A stretch of 54,734 nucleotides of DNA from assembly GCA_002687795.1 (NCBI GenBank), contig NZBG01000004.1, positions 1 to 54,734 of the forward strand, in the 5' to 3' direction. Made by a program: the position numbers and the translations under genes. The number at the start of each line of letters is the position of its first letter. Position 1 is the stretch's first letter. The notes below the pieces were generated by a model. That model did no database searches, had not been told where the DNA came from, and saw only the letters and a program-made list of their open reading frames with translations. This document shows positions 1 through 9,884 of this stretch, in pieces. This DNA comes from Candidatus Woesearchaeota archaeon. GTDB lineage: Archaea > Nanobdellota > Nanobdellia > Woesearchaeales > GCA-2687795.

Positions 1-2
1 GT

Positions 3-107
3 TCGGCAGGAAATGTTACTGCTGATGTAATCCAAAATTACATTGCTGAATCCCAGGGATGTTGGGATTTTGGCGGACAACAAAGGAAAGTTACTTCCTT
101 TGCTTAA
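3..107 (+). CDS. 3' end of an unidentified gene (last 34 codons, runs off the window start)
   Basis: Only open frame from base 3 to TAA at 105-107. A GC hairpin follows it. No recognisable motif. Confidence 0.25.
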   Translation, partial: SAGNVTADVIQNYIAESQGCWDFGGQQRKVTSFA

Positions 108-114
108 TATGATA

Positions 115-134
115 CCCCGCACTTTAGTGCGGGG
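115..134. terminator. GC-rich hairpin between convergent genes
   Basis: ccccgcac-ttta-gtgcgggg forms a perfect 8-bp stem. It lies between the + stop at 107 and the - stop at 167. Confidence 0.4.
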
Positions 135-166
135 AGGTTCATCTTAATTATATTTATATTTTAGTC

Positions 167-1102
167 CTATTTGGTTTTCTTCAAAATCTCTGTAACAGCA
201 TCATCGGTGCTCATTCCTTTCCTCTCTGCCTCAAAATTAAGGATAATCCTATGCCTTAATATAGGATATACCATGGTCTCTATATCCTCGCTCTTGACAT
301 GGTTCCTTCCCTGGATAAGCGACCTTGCCTTTGCCGCTAATATTAATCCGATTGTTGCTCTTGGTGATGCGCCATACTGCACTATCTCCTTCTTTGTTCT
401 TGTTGCATTAATGATCTTAACAACCCTGTTCTTAAGGTCATTGGCTATCGGAATCTGCCTTGTAAAGCCCTGCAAGGCTATAATATGGTTCTTGTTCAGC
501 AGTTTCCTTACCTTTGGTTCTTTCTTCTCCATAGCGTACTTGTTAACTATCTCTTTCTCCTCATCAATGGAAGGGTAGCCAACCTTTATCTTAAGGAGAA
601 ACCTATCAGACTGTGCTTCCGGCAAAGGATATGTGCCTTCCTGCTCAATGGGGTTCTGTGTTGCAAGCACAAAGAATGGTGGCTCAAGCTCAAAAGTCTC
701 ATTGCCAATTGTAACCTGCTTTTCCTGCATAGCCTCCAGCAAAGCTGACTGGGTTTTTGGAGTTGCCCTGTTAATCTCGTCAGCCAGAAGAATATTAGAG
801 AACACTGGCCCTGGCTGAAACTTGAACTTCCTCTTGCCATCGCTTTCTTCCACTATATAAGTGCCGGTAATATCAGATGGCATCAGATCAGGCGTGCTCT
901 GGATTCTGCTAAACTTCAAATCAAACAGCTCTGATATTGTCCTGACTGCAAGCGTCTTAGCAAGCCCGGGATAGCCCTCCAGCAATGCATTGCTATTACA
1001 CAGGATTGAAACCATTATCTGCTCAACCACATCATTCTGCCCAACAACAACCTTGTTTACCTCTTTCATTAAGGTATCAAAAGTATTTTTATAGCTCTTC
1101 AT
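167..1102 (-). CDS. MoxR-family AAA+ ATPase
   Basis: 311 aa. Walker A-like GYPGLAKT, Walker B LLADEINR, and MoxR-typical VVGQ..V and ATQNPIEQEGTYPLPEAQ.DRF segments. Confidence 0.9.
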   Translation of the reverse strand: MKSYKNTFDTLMKEVNKVVVGQNDVVEQIMVSILCNSNALLEGYPGLAKTLAVRTISELFDLKFSRIQSTPDLMPSDITGTYIVEESDGKRKFKFQPGPVFSNILLADEINRATPKTQSALLEAMQEKQVTIGNETFELEPPFFVLATQNPIEQEGTYPLPEAQSDRFLLKIKVGYPSIDEEKEIVNKYAMEKKEPKVRKLLNKNHIIALQGFTRQIPIANDLKNRVVKIINATRTKKEIVQYGASPRATIGLILAAKARSLIQGRNHVKSEDIETMVYPILRHRIILNFEAERKGMSTDDAVTEILKKTK

Positions 1103-1148
1103 TTTTTAACCTCCTTCTTTCCTGGTTTATTAGATATTATTAATATAA

Positions 1149-1958
1149 TTATTGCGTGATCTTCTCAAAATAACTCTTAACCAGCTCCTGCTGCTCCTTA
1201 GGGATATTCTCTTGATAAGACTCTGCTGAAGATGAGAATATCTCATCAGGAAACACATTCTGGAATTCCACTCTCTCAGCATCCTCTACATCATCAAGAT
1301 TAACCTCATAACTGCTCGGCTTGATAACCAGGTCAAGCTCTTTTCCACCAAGCTGGGCAATCATCTCTTCTCCATAGATATCCTCAGCAGTGATGCCTCC
1401 TGCTGCTCTTACATCCATCATAGTCCCTTCCTCATCACCGGAATCATTACCAGTCAGAGATGTATATTCTGTAGGCTTGTTATTACCGTTAAGGTTATCA
1501 ATCAACTGGCTGAAATCAAAATAAATATTATTCACAGCCAGGAACACTATCAAAAAAGACATTAATATGGAAGAAAGGATCTTATATGAAACAGCCTTTG
1601 AAGCAAAAAAATGGCCCAAAGACACATTCTTTAAGTCTTTCATAACCTCTTTATGCAGATCATCAACAAACGGGTTCTCAACATAGTCTTTATGGTCCAC
1701 AGCAGTCCTGAGTTTCTCATCAAGGAAAGGAAATTCCTTCTCTATATCCAGATAATATTTTTTCCTAAGCTTAAAAATAGTTGAAACAATGAAATATAAA
1801 ACAGCCGGAACAACAGCATAAAGCATATTATACCTAAACAAAGTAAGAACCAAAGAGCAAAGCAGCAGGATTACAACAGCGTTGAGTATATTTGTAAATA
1901 TAATGATGTTATGGAAATTAAAATCAATGTCCTTAACAGCTTTATCGAAATTTTTCAT
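1149..1958 (-). CDS. Hypothetical membrane protein in the MoxR/vWA cluster
   Basis: 269-aa ORF with about three hydrophobic helices and an acidic C-terminal half. Same strand as MoxR and tightly spaced with it. Confidence 0.5.
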   Translation of the reverse strand: MKNFDKAVKDIDFNFHNIIIFTNILNAVVILLLCSLVLTLFRYNMLYAVVPAVLYFIVSTIFKLRKKYYLDIEKEFPFLDEKLRTAVDHKDYVENPFVDDLHKEVMKDLKNVSLGHFFASKAVSYKILSSILMSFLIVFLAVNNIYFDFSQLIDNLNGNNKPTEYTSLTGNDSGDEEGTMMDVRAAGGITAEDIYGEEMIAQLGGKELDLVIKPSSYEVNLDDVEDAERVEFQNVFPDEIFSSSAESYQENIPKEQQELVKSYFEKITQ

Positions 1959-1974
1959 TTTGCATAATGATATT

Positions 1975-2478
1975 TTAACATGTGCCCTGCAATACGCATA
2001 TTTGGTTGTTTAGGCTACTAATCTCGCTATTTAATGTACTAATATCTGACTTCAGGCCTGTTATTGTTCTCTCTCTTTGGGCAATAGTGTTCTCTAGCGT
2101 AGCTACTCTTTCTATTTTAACCTCCAGCTCTGCCTTCTTTTGCTCCAGCTCGCTCTTTGTATTAAATAGCTCGGTCTCTAATGCTGCCTTATCAACATCC
2201 AACTGCTCCTTTATATTCCTCAAATCATTGTATTGCTCGCTTAATTCTTCTTCTCTCTTGGCCTTGATATCCAACTGGGAGCTTGTTTTGTTCAATTCCT
2301 CTTTATTCGTGCTAAGAGTATCCACCAGCTCATCAATCTTCTTTATCTTTGTTTTATAGTTTGACGTCATATCCACAAAAGTGTTATAATAAAAGGTTGT
2401 AAACCCAACAAATGCTATTAAAATAGCTACTATAAGTATTAAAAGACCAAAATTTACATTCCGTTTTATGTATGACAT
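1975..2478 (-). CDS. N-terminally membrane-anchored coiled-coil protein
   Basis: 167 aa. One N-terminal TM helix followed by heptad-like E/K/L-rich sequence. Confidence 0.5.
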   Translation of the reverse strand: MSYIKRNVNFGLLILIVAILIAFVGFTTFYYNTFVDMTSNYKTKIKKIDELVDTLSTNKEELNKTSSQLDIKAKREEELSEQYNDLRNIKEQLDVDKAALETELFNTKSELEQKKAELEVKIERVATLENTIAQRERTITGLKSDISTLNSEISSLNNQICVLQGTC

Positions 2479-2524
2479 TTTGAATTCCTGAATCTTTTGA
2501 GTTTATAAATTTTTTTCATATTCT

Positions 2525-4891
2525 TTATCTATAAAAGTTTTCCTTTATCCTCCTTATGCATATCTCTATTAATAAAATTACTAATGCAGCTATTATAAAC
2601 GGCCACCTGTAATAGGTTGTATCAGCTTTTGTCCTCTTTGAGGTAGCTTTTATATGCTCAATAAGGGCTGTTGTGTTCTCCAGATCAAACGCCTTACCTC
2701 CGGTTACCTTTATCATATCGCCTAAATCCTGGTTAAGCCCTGTTTTCTCATACTCTTTGTTATGACTGACAGCCAGGTCAGCATCAAAAAATGTAAAAAA
2801 ACCTGTAGCTTCTGGTATAAAGCTTGCTTGGTATCTGTTTTCTCCTATCTTTGAGAACTGAAGCGTTGACTTAGGGACTTCTTTAGAAAAGACCTTTATA
2901 TCAACGCTTTCCCCAAGACTGGTATCTTTTAGCTTTACGCTAAAATCCTTTTTCCTGTCAGGATCGCCGATTGCCCAGTTGATGATTCTTGTGATAATCT
3001 GTGAATTATCTTGGTTTAAAAGCTCTCCGCCCCAGCCAGATCCGTCATCAGTTGAAAGCACAGCTATTCTCCCTAGGCCATAGCGCCAGGTTGTGAGGAT
3101 TGGGTTTGAGTTTTGTGTGGTAATTAATAACCTTGCAGACTGTTTTGGCACAACCTGGTTGAAACCATTGATATTCGCTGTAAGGCTCATCTTATTTGTA
3201 ATAAAATGATGATTGTCCAATATTACCAGGTTATTCTCTTCAGCAGGCTCTTTGCTTTCATTAAACAATAAGGTAAGCTTTTCTGTTTCAGCAGGCTCAA
3301 AAAACACGCCATTGCCTTTTAAGGCTAATTTCCGCATAAAATCCTTATTTGTGTCTTCACCAATGCCTACTGTATACAGCTTTAATCCCCTTAATGACAT
3401 CATCCTGGCATTAGCCAATGCCTGTTGAGGCATTTGAGTAATGCCATCTGAGATAAGGATAACATTCTTGCTGCCTGCTGCATACTCTAATAGCCAAAAG
3501 GCTTTTCTTAACCCTTCAGAAATAAGCGTGCCAGCCTGAGGGTCTGATTTAAGCGAAGCTATGCCTTGCTCTAACAATGGCTGGTCTTTCTTTGGCAGCA
3601 ACTTCCTTGTTACATAATAGCCTTTTGTATCAAACGCAACAACGCCAACATTATCTTTTGGGTCTATATTCTTAAGAATCTCCAAAGCCTGCGCCTTCTG
3701 GATGCTGATCTTTGAAGTTGAGCCAGGGCTAAACCCCAAAGTAGTTGTCCCTGAAATGTCAATAACTATAACAATGTTAATATCAGACTTCTCGCCCTTG
3801 CCAACCCTTCCGATTGTAACAGGCAGCATTGTCTCGAAATATGAGTTCTTGTATTTTCCGTAATCAAAGGAATGCTTGCCTCCAATTACCACAAGGCCAT
3901 TACCCTTATTTATATAATCCCTCAAAGTGTCTGTCCATGGGTTTATGGTGTCGGCATCCAAATTATTCAGGATCGCAACCGGATAGTCGTCTAAGTCCAC
4001 TGGGAGCGTATCTTTCTGGCTGACCACATATGGGAACTCAAGTATTGGCTCAAGTGGAGTATGCTCTTTCGTGATAAAAAGAATCTTTGGCTTTGGCAGC
4101 ACATGAACTGTCTTATAGTATACATTATTCTCCTTGAAGAAGTCATCTGCTATTATCCTGCCCTCAATCCTGTGGTAGCCCACACCAAGCTTCTTATCTA
4201 GAATCTGAGATTCAGCATTCTCCTCGCTTATCACCTTATCACTATCTATTTTTACTTCTAGTTTATAAGGAAGTGGATTGCCAGCTTTATTTATATTGAT
4301 ATGGAAGTTGATTTCAGCGCCATATATTGTTTCCTGCGGTGCATCTATAGTAATACCAACATCATCAGCTTTTGGCCCTATATCCAATGTATTGATTGTA
4401 GTATTCAGGATGCTGGCAAACACCATCATGTCCCATAAGTCCTTGCCTTGGTGGTTATTCCCATCGGTTATAACCATTATGTTATCATCACCCTGAATAT
4501 TGTTCAGGAGAGCGTCTCCTATAGCTGAGTTATTATCATATGCAATTGTCTTTATTGTTACAGGAATCTCTTCCCCAATCCTCTTCTTGAGCTCCTCCCC
4601 CAAACCCTGCTCAAACATCTTAAATGAATTAGACTTATCCTCCAATATAGCCAAAGAATAATCCCCTTTGACAGTCTTTCGTTCTATAGTGAACGGCGAG
4701 GATGCTGCGATAAGAAGCAAAGTGAATATAACTATCCTGGAAAGGGTTATCCATTTCCTTGGGCCCTTGCTTCTCTTTCTATAAAGGTTCTGCTCTGTTG
4801 CATTCTTAAACTTAACAAAATTTCCCCTGATAATAAAAAATAAGATTAATATCATAGGGAATATCAACAGCAGAGCCTTTGGATGCTCCAA
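2525..4891 (-). CDS. von Willebrand factor A (vWA) domain membrane protein
   Basis: 788 aa. N- and C-terminal TM helices and a MIDAS-like VIDISGTT (DxSxS/T) motif. The central segment resembles a GATase1-like fold (LVVIGG). Confidence 0.8.
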   Translation of the reverse strand: MEHPKALLLIFPMILILFFIIRGNFVKFKNATEQNLYRKRSKGPRKWITLSRIVIFTLLLIAASSPFTIERKTVKGDYSLAILEDKSNSFKMFEQGLGEELKKRIGEEIPVTIKTIAYDNNSAIGDALLNNIQGDDNIMVITDGNNHQGKDLWDMMVFASILNTTINTLDIGPKADDVGITIDAPQETIYGAEINFHININKAGNPLPYKLEVKIDSDKVISEENAESQILDKKLGVGYHRIEGRIIADDFFKENNVYYKTVHVLPKPKILFITKEHTPLEPILEFPYVVSQKDTLPVDLDDYPVAILNNLDADTINPWTDTLRDYINKGNGLVVIGGKHSFDYGKYKNSYFETMLPVTIGRVGKGEKSDINIVIVIDISGTTTLGFSPGSTSKISIQKAQALEILKNIDPKDNVGVVAFDTKGYYVTRKLLPKKDQPLLEQGIASLKSDPQAGTLISEGLRKAFWLLEYAAGSKNVILISDGITQMPQQALANARMMSLRGLKLYTVGIGEDTNKDFMRKLALKGNGVFFEPAETEKLTLLFNESKEPAEENNLVILDNHHFITNKMSLTANINGFNQVVPKQSARLLITTQNSNPILTTWRYGLGRIAVLSTDDGSGWGGELLNQDNSQIITRIINWAIGDPDRKKDFSVKLKDTSLGESVDIKVFSKEVPKSTLQFSKIGENRYQASFIPEATGFFTFFDADLAVSHNKEYEKTGLNQDLGDMIKVTGGKAFDLENTTALIEHIKATSKRTKADTTYYRWPFIIAALVILLIEICIRRIKENFYR

Positions 4892-4947
4892 TGAAAACGG
4901 CAGGTTTATCTTTGCAATCAGTTGTTCTATGATATAGGCAAGATTAA

Positions 4948-6738
4948 TTATAAATCACCCCTTCTCTTGATGTAAAATATTTCTACCAGCAACAGCAGAG
5001 AGGTTAAAATAAGCAAAGGCACAACAAGGCTGAGATTAAAGCTCTTTTCTCCCGACCTCAGCACAAAAGCTTTTTCCCCTTTCTTTATACTGTTCTCTAT
5101 AGACACATCAGACTCTTTCTCATTTAACAGGTTTACAGCAACCTTCTTGTCCCCTGCGTCATAGATACCTATCTTCTCATAATTCTCCAGTCCCTTATAA
5201 TCAAACCTTTTATTATAATCAGATATATCCTCGCTCCCCATTAAAAAGTTGATAAGATTCTCCCAGAATATGGGATAATCCTCCTGCGCCTTGAAATCTG
5301 AATACTCATCCATAATGCCATAATATACTATTTTGCCATCCCCTTCATCGTTTATAGTTATAAGGGGGCTGTCATCATCAGCAGCAACCAACACCAAGGT
5401 ATTGTTCTTTGAGCTGGAGGGAAAATACTTATCCATTGTTGTAAAACACCCCCCTCCTTTATTCTCAAACCTTTTTGTGAAAAAGTTAAATATCTTGGTG
5501 CACACCCTTGTTGCATTCCCTGTTCCCTTAAACTCAACAGGATAGAGCTCAGCCAAATCAGACTTCTCAATCTCCTGCTGCGCTGTTATTATAAGGCTCT
5601 TTCCGGAGCGGATATAAGAGGCTATATCCCTTATATCAGAAGGCACAATCTTCTCCTTTACATTATCTATTACAATAATATCATGCGTTAGGTCGAACGC
5701 CTTTACAATTGGAGGCTTTCTCACCTCTATCTCAGTATCCTTTGATGCCTTAATAGCAGACATAAGATATGTCTCATCAGCATTTGTGATTAATAAAACC
5801 TTAATCTTCTTTCTTGGGGGAGTGCTTATAAAAACATGATTATCAATGTTTAAATCATCATCAATATCCAGCTCTATCTTGCTAACAGAAGGCTGTGTCT
5901 CGAATACTGCAGTTTCCACGGAATTAGGCAAAAGCTTAACAGACTTTTCCTTTATTATCTTATCTTCCACAATCAATCTAACCGGCACATCCGCCTCCTG
6001 GCTGTTGAAATTCTTAATAAACACCTTAGTCTCGCGCTTATCAACAAGAAGGTCAACAATCCCTATATTGCTTGCATTGGAAGACACATCTATGAACATA
6101 ACATTATAACCCAAAGCTGAAAGATACCTTTTTGCCTTTAATGGTTGGTCAGCTTCCTGTGTTGTGATAAAATCGCTTATAACATAAATATTTCCTCCCT
6201 TCTTATTCTTCAGCAGGTTCTCTGCCTCTATCATCGCCCCCTCTATATTTGTGGGGGTGTCCTTTGGCTTCATGGAATTCAATATTGCCGATGCATCTTT
6301 CTTTGTTCCGCTCTCTAAAAGTGTGTTGGGAATATTTGAAGTTGATATGATTGATATCCTGCCATCCAGGTATTTCCTTGCCAGGCTTATCGCCCTCTCA
6401 AACCTTGTCGAAGCACCATAACTTGTTTGAGAGCTTGCGCTTTCATCAAGTATGATAACAGTATCCCCTACACTGGCATTATGAGGCATATCTGCAAAAG
6501 GCTCTGTTAATGACAGCGCCAGCACGGAAAGCGTTAATATCTGCAGCAGCAAAAGGAAATTTCTCACAAGGTTCCTAAAAAAGGTGAACTTTCTTTTTGC
6601 TTTGCTCTCACTTATAAGGAACATAAGGGAAGGAATCACCCGATCTAATGGCTTGGGCTTTCTCAAATAGAGGACTATTAAGGGTATTAACGCCAAAAGG
6701 CCGTACAGCCCGATTATATTTCCTATTCCCATCTCCAT
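4948..6738 (-). CDS. BatA-like vWA domain membrane protein
   Basis: 596 aa. BatA-type N-terminal double-TM segment, MIDAS motif ILDESASS and a C-terminal TM helix. Confidence 0.8.
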   Translation of the reverse strand: MEMGIGNIIGLYGLLALIPLIVLYLRKPKPLDRVIPSLMFLISESKAKRKFTFFRNLVRNFLLLLQILTLSVLALSLTEPFADMPHNASVGDTVIILDESASSQTSYGASTRFERAISLARKYLDGRISIISTSNIPNTLLESGTKKDASAILNSMKPKDTPTNIEGAMIEAENLLKNKKGGNIYVISDFITTQEADQPLKAKRYLSALGYNVMFIDVSSNASNIGIVDLLVDKRETKVFIKNFNSQEADVPVRLIVEDKIIKEKSVKLLPNSVETAVFETQPSVSKIELDIDDDLNIDNHVFISTPPRKKIKVLLITNADETYLMSAIKASKDTEIEVRKPPIVKAFDLTHDIIVIDNVKEKIVPSDIRDIASYIRSGKSLIITAQQEIEKSDLAELYPVEFKGTGNATRVCTKIFNFFTKRFENKGGGCFTTMDKYFPSSSKNNTLVLVAADDDSPLITINDEGDGKIVYYGIMDEYSDFKAQEDYPIFWENLINFLMGSEDISDYNKRFDYKGLENYEKIGIYDAGDKKVAVNLLNEKESDVSIENSIKKGEKAFVLRSGEKSFNLSLVVPLLILTSLLLLVEIFYIKRRGDL

Positions 6739-6739
6739 T

Positions 6740-6946
6740 TTATGGTTTCTCCAGCTCCTTTGTTTTCTTGATTATCTTATCAATGCCTTTAAATGAAGGA
6801 ATCTCAAGCTTTTTCAATATAATCACATCGCCTTCCCCCATAACTATGAACTTCTCCCCTTCCCTGAGGTTAAGGCTATCTCTGACTTCCTGGGGTATTA
6901 CAACCTGCCCCCTTGATGACAATGATGTGATTTCAGGCTTTTTCAT
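6740..6946 (-). CDS. AbrB/SpoVT-family DNA-binding protein
   Basis: 68 aa. SSRGQVVIPQEVRDSLNLREGEKF matches the looped-hinge-helix signature. Its stop lies 1 nt from the vWA gene start. Confidence 0.75.
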   Translation of the reverse strand: MKKPEITSLSSRGQVVIPQEVRDSLNLREGEKFIVMGEGDVIILKKLEIPSFKGIDKIIKKTKELEKP

Positions 6947-7108
6947 TTGGGTTTTCCTTCAATCTTACTTTCTTATTATAAGATTTCTGTATAATAAGAA
7001 TATCTTATATATAAAAGTTTTGGTCAGAAACCGAGAAACTCTGAAAAAACACAAAAAGGCCCTATACAACAACAAAATTTATTAATAAAGAAGTTATATT
7101 ATATTCCT

Positions 7109-7615
7109 ATGGAGAGATTTCAGGAGCTAAGGGATGCTGCAAAGAAGAAACTGAATGTTGCTGACCATATGCTTTTCATGACCTATCCCCTAGTAAAGGA
7201 CACAAAACTGCTCCTGGCAATCATGGAAAACGTGTTTCTTGCAATGTCATATGCAATGAGCTCAGTTTTGCACTATGAAAAGCTGTTTAAAAGGCTGCCC
7301 TCTTTCCATGAAAGCTTTGAAAACAGGTTCAGCCTATTTAGGGAAAAATGTATCAGTAAATATGGGTTCAATAAAGAGCACATAAACATTATTAAAGAAA
7401 TAAAGGATATAATCGTAGAGCATAAGAACAGCCCTATGGAATTTGTCAGGAAAGACAGGTTTGTAATATGCTCCAGCAGCTATAGGGTTAAAACAATAGA
7501 GCTTAACCAGATTAAAAAATATGTTGCTGAGGCAAAATTATTTGTAAAGGAAGTAAATAATGTAACAAGCAGGAATGAGGAAATATTCAAGCAAAGGGAA
7601 TCATTTCGTTTATGA
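7109..7615 (+). CDS. Hypothetical protein (paralog of the next gene)
   Basis: 168-aa ORF. N-terminal L..A.K.L.VADH.L motif is shared with 7626..8099. Confidence 0.5.
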   Translation: MERFQELRDAAKKKLNVADHMLFMTYPLVKDTKLLLAIMENVFLAMSYAMSSVLHYEKLFKRLPSFHESFENRFSLFREKCISKYGFNKEHINIIKEIKDIIVEHKNSPMEFVRKDRFVICSSSYRVKTIELNQIKKYVAEAKLFVKEVNNVTSRNEEIFKQRESFRL

Positions 7616-7625
7616 GGTGTTAAAG

Positions 7626-8099
7626 ATGATGGAAGCATTGGAAGACGCAAGAAAAGAACTAATAAGGGTTGACCACCTGGTTTATGTGAGCTTAAAATAT
7701 ACAAGGACAGTTGATATGATAAAGCATGTGATTGGAAGGCTGATAAGCGCTTATGATTTCTTAAATCATGCGCTTCTACTTTATTCTAAGGAACAGAAGA
7801 AGATTAACGAGATTCCTGATACCCCTTGGCTGAAAAGAGAAAAGCTTATGGAGTTGTTTAAAGATGATGAGACCATAATCAAAAATATTCAGATTTATGC
7901 ATTACTAAGAAAAATAGATAAAGTAGAAGAATACCAATCATCAAGAGAATTTAGGAGGCATGTAACTATGACCTCAGAGATAGATGGAAAAGAGGTTAAG
8001 GTGGATATTGATGCAATTTATGAATGCTATAATGGATTACAGGAATTTAATGAATATGTTAAAAAGATGATAGAAGGCGAGGAAGAGGAAGATGTCTGA
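7626..8099 (+). CDS. Hypothetical protein (paralog of the previous gene)
   Basis: Start moved to ATG 7626, preceded by gaggtg. Shares LEDARKEL.RVDHLVY with the upstream ORF. Confidence 0.5.
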   Translation: MMEALEDARKELIRVDHLVYVSLKYTRTVDMIKHVIGRLISAYDFLNHALLLYSKEQKKINEIPDTPWLKREKLMELFKDDETIIKNIQIYALLRKIDKVEEYQSSREFRRHVTMTSEIDGKEVKVDIDAIYECYNGLQEFNEYVKKMIEGEEEEDV

Positions 8100-8607
8100 A
8101 AGACTGATAAGCAACCTGAAAGAAAAAGGCTGGGAACATCATGATATCCATAGAACCATGAAGATTATTGAAAAAGGAAAACAAAAGAAGCACAAACTTA
8201 TCAAGGCTCTTGATATAGCGGTCTTCTGGATTGCTTTAATCCTGGCAATCATTGGGAATATTGTAATACTGTTTACATTGGTTCCATTCCTGTTAATGCT
8301 CAAAAGCTGGATTTATTATTTGATAATATGTTTTTTAGGCCTATCTTTTGGCTTGTTATTTGAAATACTTATCAGAGATATAGAGCATCTGGAAAGGAAG
8401 CATCATCTTCTTATAGGCTCTCTGCTCCCTGTTATAACCATTGTTAACTTTATCCTTATCACAAAGATACTCAACAGCTTTCTGGTAAATTATAATCTCA
8501 GCATCCAGATTCCTCTATTCGTAGCCATATTCTATACAATAAGCTTCTTACTGCCTTACTTTATATACCAGATGCATTATAGGGTTAGGTATAATATTAT
8601 GAAATAA
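8092..8607 (+). CDS. Hypothetical multi-pass membrane protein
   Basis: 171 aa with about four TM helices. An 8-nt ATGTCTGA overlap couples it to the upstream gene. Confidence 0.5.
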   Translation: MSERLISNLKEKGWEHHDIHRTMKIIEKGKQKKHKLIKALDIAVFWIALILAIIGNIVILFTLVPFLLMLKSWIYYLIICFLGLSFGLLFEILIRDIEHLERKHHLLIGSLLPVITIVNFILITKILNSFLVNYNLSIQIPLFVAIFYTISFLLPYFIYQMHYRVRYNIMK

Positions 8608-8693
8608 GTTCTTAACAGGCAAAGCTTTTAAATAACAAAGATTTCTTTATATTTATTATATATTGAATATTTATCTTTCACAATCACCAATAT

Positions 8694-8765
8694 GGCGGTA
8701 GTAGTTTAATGGTAGAATATACGGTTGTGGTCCGTATGAAGCGAGTTCAATTCTCGCCTACCGCC
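8694..8765 (+). tRNA. tRNA-His (anticodon GTG) with a genome-encoded G-1
   Basis: Hand-folded cloverleaf. G-1 pairs with C73, acceptor GCGGTAG/CTACCGC, anticodon arm TACGG-TTGTGGT-CCGTA, T arm GCGAG-TTCAATT-CTCGC. Confidence 0.9.
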
Positions 8766-8770
8766 CTTTT
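8748..8770 (+). repeat. Direct repeat copy 1 (3' end of tRNA-His plus 5 nt), att-like
   Basis: caattctcgcctaccgccctttt is identical to 9885..9907. Its last 14 nt fall within the 16-nt match 8757..8772 = 8872..8887. Confidence 0.8.
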
Positions 8771-8871
8771 ATATCCCTCGTATTGCCAATATAACCAAGT
8801 CGGGCTATTTTGAGCAAAGCGAGAAATAGACCACGGGTTGATAAGGGTGAAACCCTTATGTGGGATTTCCT

Positions 8872-8887
8872 CCTACCGCCCTTTTAT
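8872..8887 (+). repeat. Direct repeat copy 2 (partial tRNA-His 3' end)
   Basis: cctaccgcccttttat is identical to 8757..8772. Confidence 0.7.
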
Positions 8888-9804
8888 TCTTTTTTCTTAT
8901 TATTCTGAGTTTCATGAGGTCCTCTTACTGCTCCTTTCGCTAGATAATTACAAAAACCAAAGAGAGCTATTGAGCCAATAACAATTCCTGCACCCCATAA
9001 AAACTGTTTTGGTGTAACGCCTAGTTCAGTAAGACTAATACAAGATCCATCATAAAATTCAGGTGTCTGAGGAGACTCTTCACAAGTTTGGTCTTCACTA
9101 CATTCACACCCTACCAGGGCTGCTGCTCCTAAAGGAATAAGGTTCTTTCCTTTTGTTGAGCGTATATAATCCCATGCGCCCTTTGCTTGTTGAAGAAGTC
9201 TCCGGCTTTCGAGAGACTCATTATTAAGAACATCACTCATGGTTTGAACAACTCTTTCTCTGGACTCAGAAAACATTTCTTCTGCTATTCTTAAATCAGC
9301 TTGGCTTATCAAAGGATTAAACCTGCCACCAGATACATCAGTAGCTCTGTTGGTGATATTATCATCAAGGCTGGTAAGAACCGCTAAATCTCCTCCTAAC
9401 TCAGCAGCAGCCTTATAATCGCCCTCTCCTAAATATACAATTGCCCTGAAAAAGTCTTCACCGCTCCCCCTGACCAATGAGGTATATGAATCAAGGTTTG
9501 CATGATTAGCTTCATAAGCACCTATTAAATGGTCTGCTTTACTAACGGCTTCTCTTACATTTCTCTGCATTAAAAGCCCCGCAGCCTCTTTACCAAGATA
9601 GCCCATCGCTTTTCTGCCTGGGTTCTCACTGTCTCTTTGAAGATTCCCAAAATGAATATAAGCAGCTCCTGCCAAATATTGAGAGGTTGCAACGGAAGCA
9701 TTTAAAGGGCTCAAGCCAAAACGCTCAAACATTACCCTATCAGGCAGTTTTGTTATGCAATATCTGCTTTCAATCTTGAGAGTATCTCTTAATGCACATC
9801 TCAT
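8884..9804 (-). CDS. Hypothetical C-terminally membrane-anchored protein (cargo of the tRNA-His-linked insertion)
   Basis: 306-aa ORF with one C-terminal TM helix and a Cys-rich stalk. No family recognised. Bracketed by repeat copies 2 and 3. Confidence 0.5.
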   Translation of the reverse strand: MRCALRDTLKIESRYCITKLPDRVMFERFGLSPLNASVATSQYLAGAAYIHFGNLQRDSENPGRKAMGYLGKEAAGLLMQRNVREAVSKADHLIGAYEANHANLDSYTSLVRGSGEDFFRAIVYLGEGDYKAAAELGGDLAVLTSLDDNITNRATDVSGGRFNPLISQADLRIAEEMFSESRERVVQTMSDVLNNESLESRRLLQQAKGAWDYIRSTKGKNLIPLGAAALVGCECSEDQTCEESPQTPEFYDGSCISLTELGVTPKQFLWGAGIVIGSIALFGFCNYLAKGAVRGPHETQNNKKKE

Positions 9805-9884
9805 AGATGCTGTGAACCAATGTTTTTTTATAAAACTTTCTTCCCTTGACTACTTTAGGATAGTAGTGCTCAATTCACCCAAAC

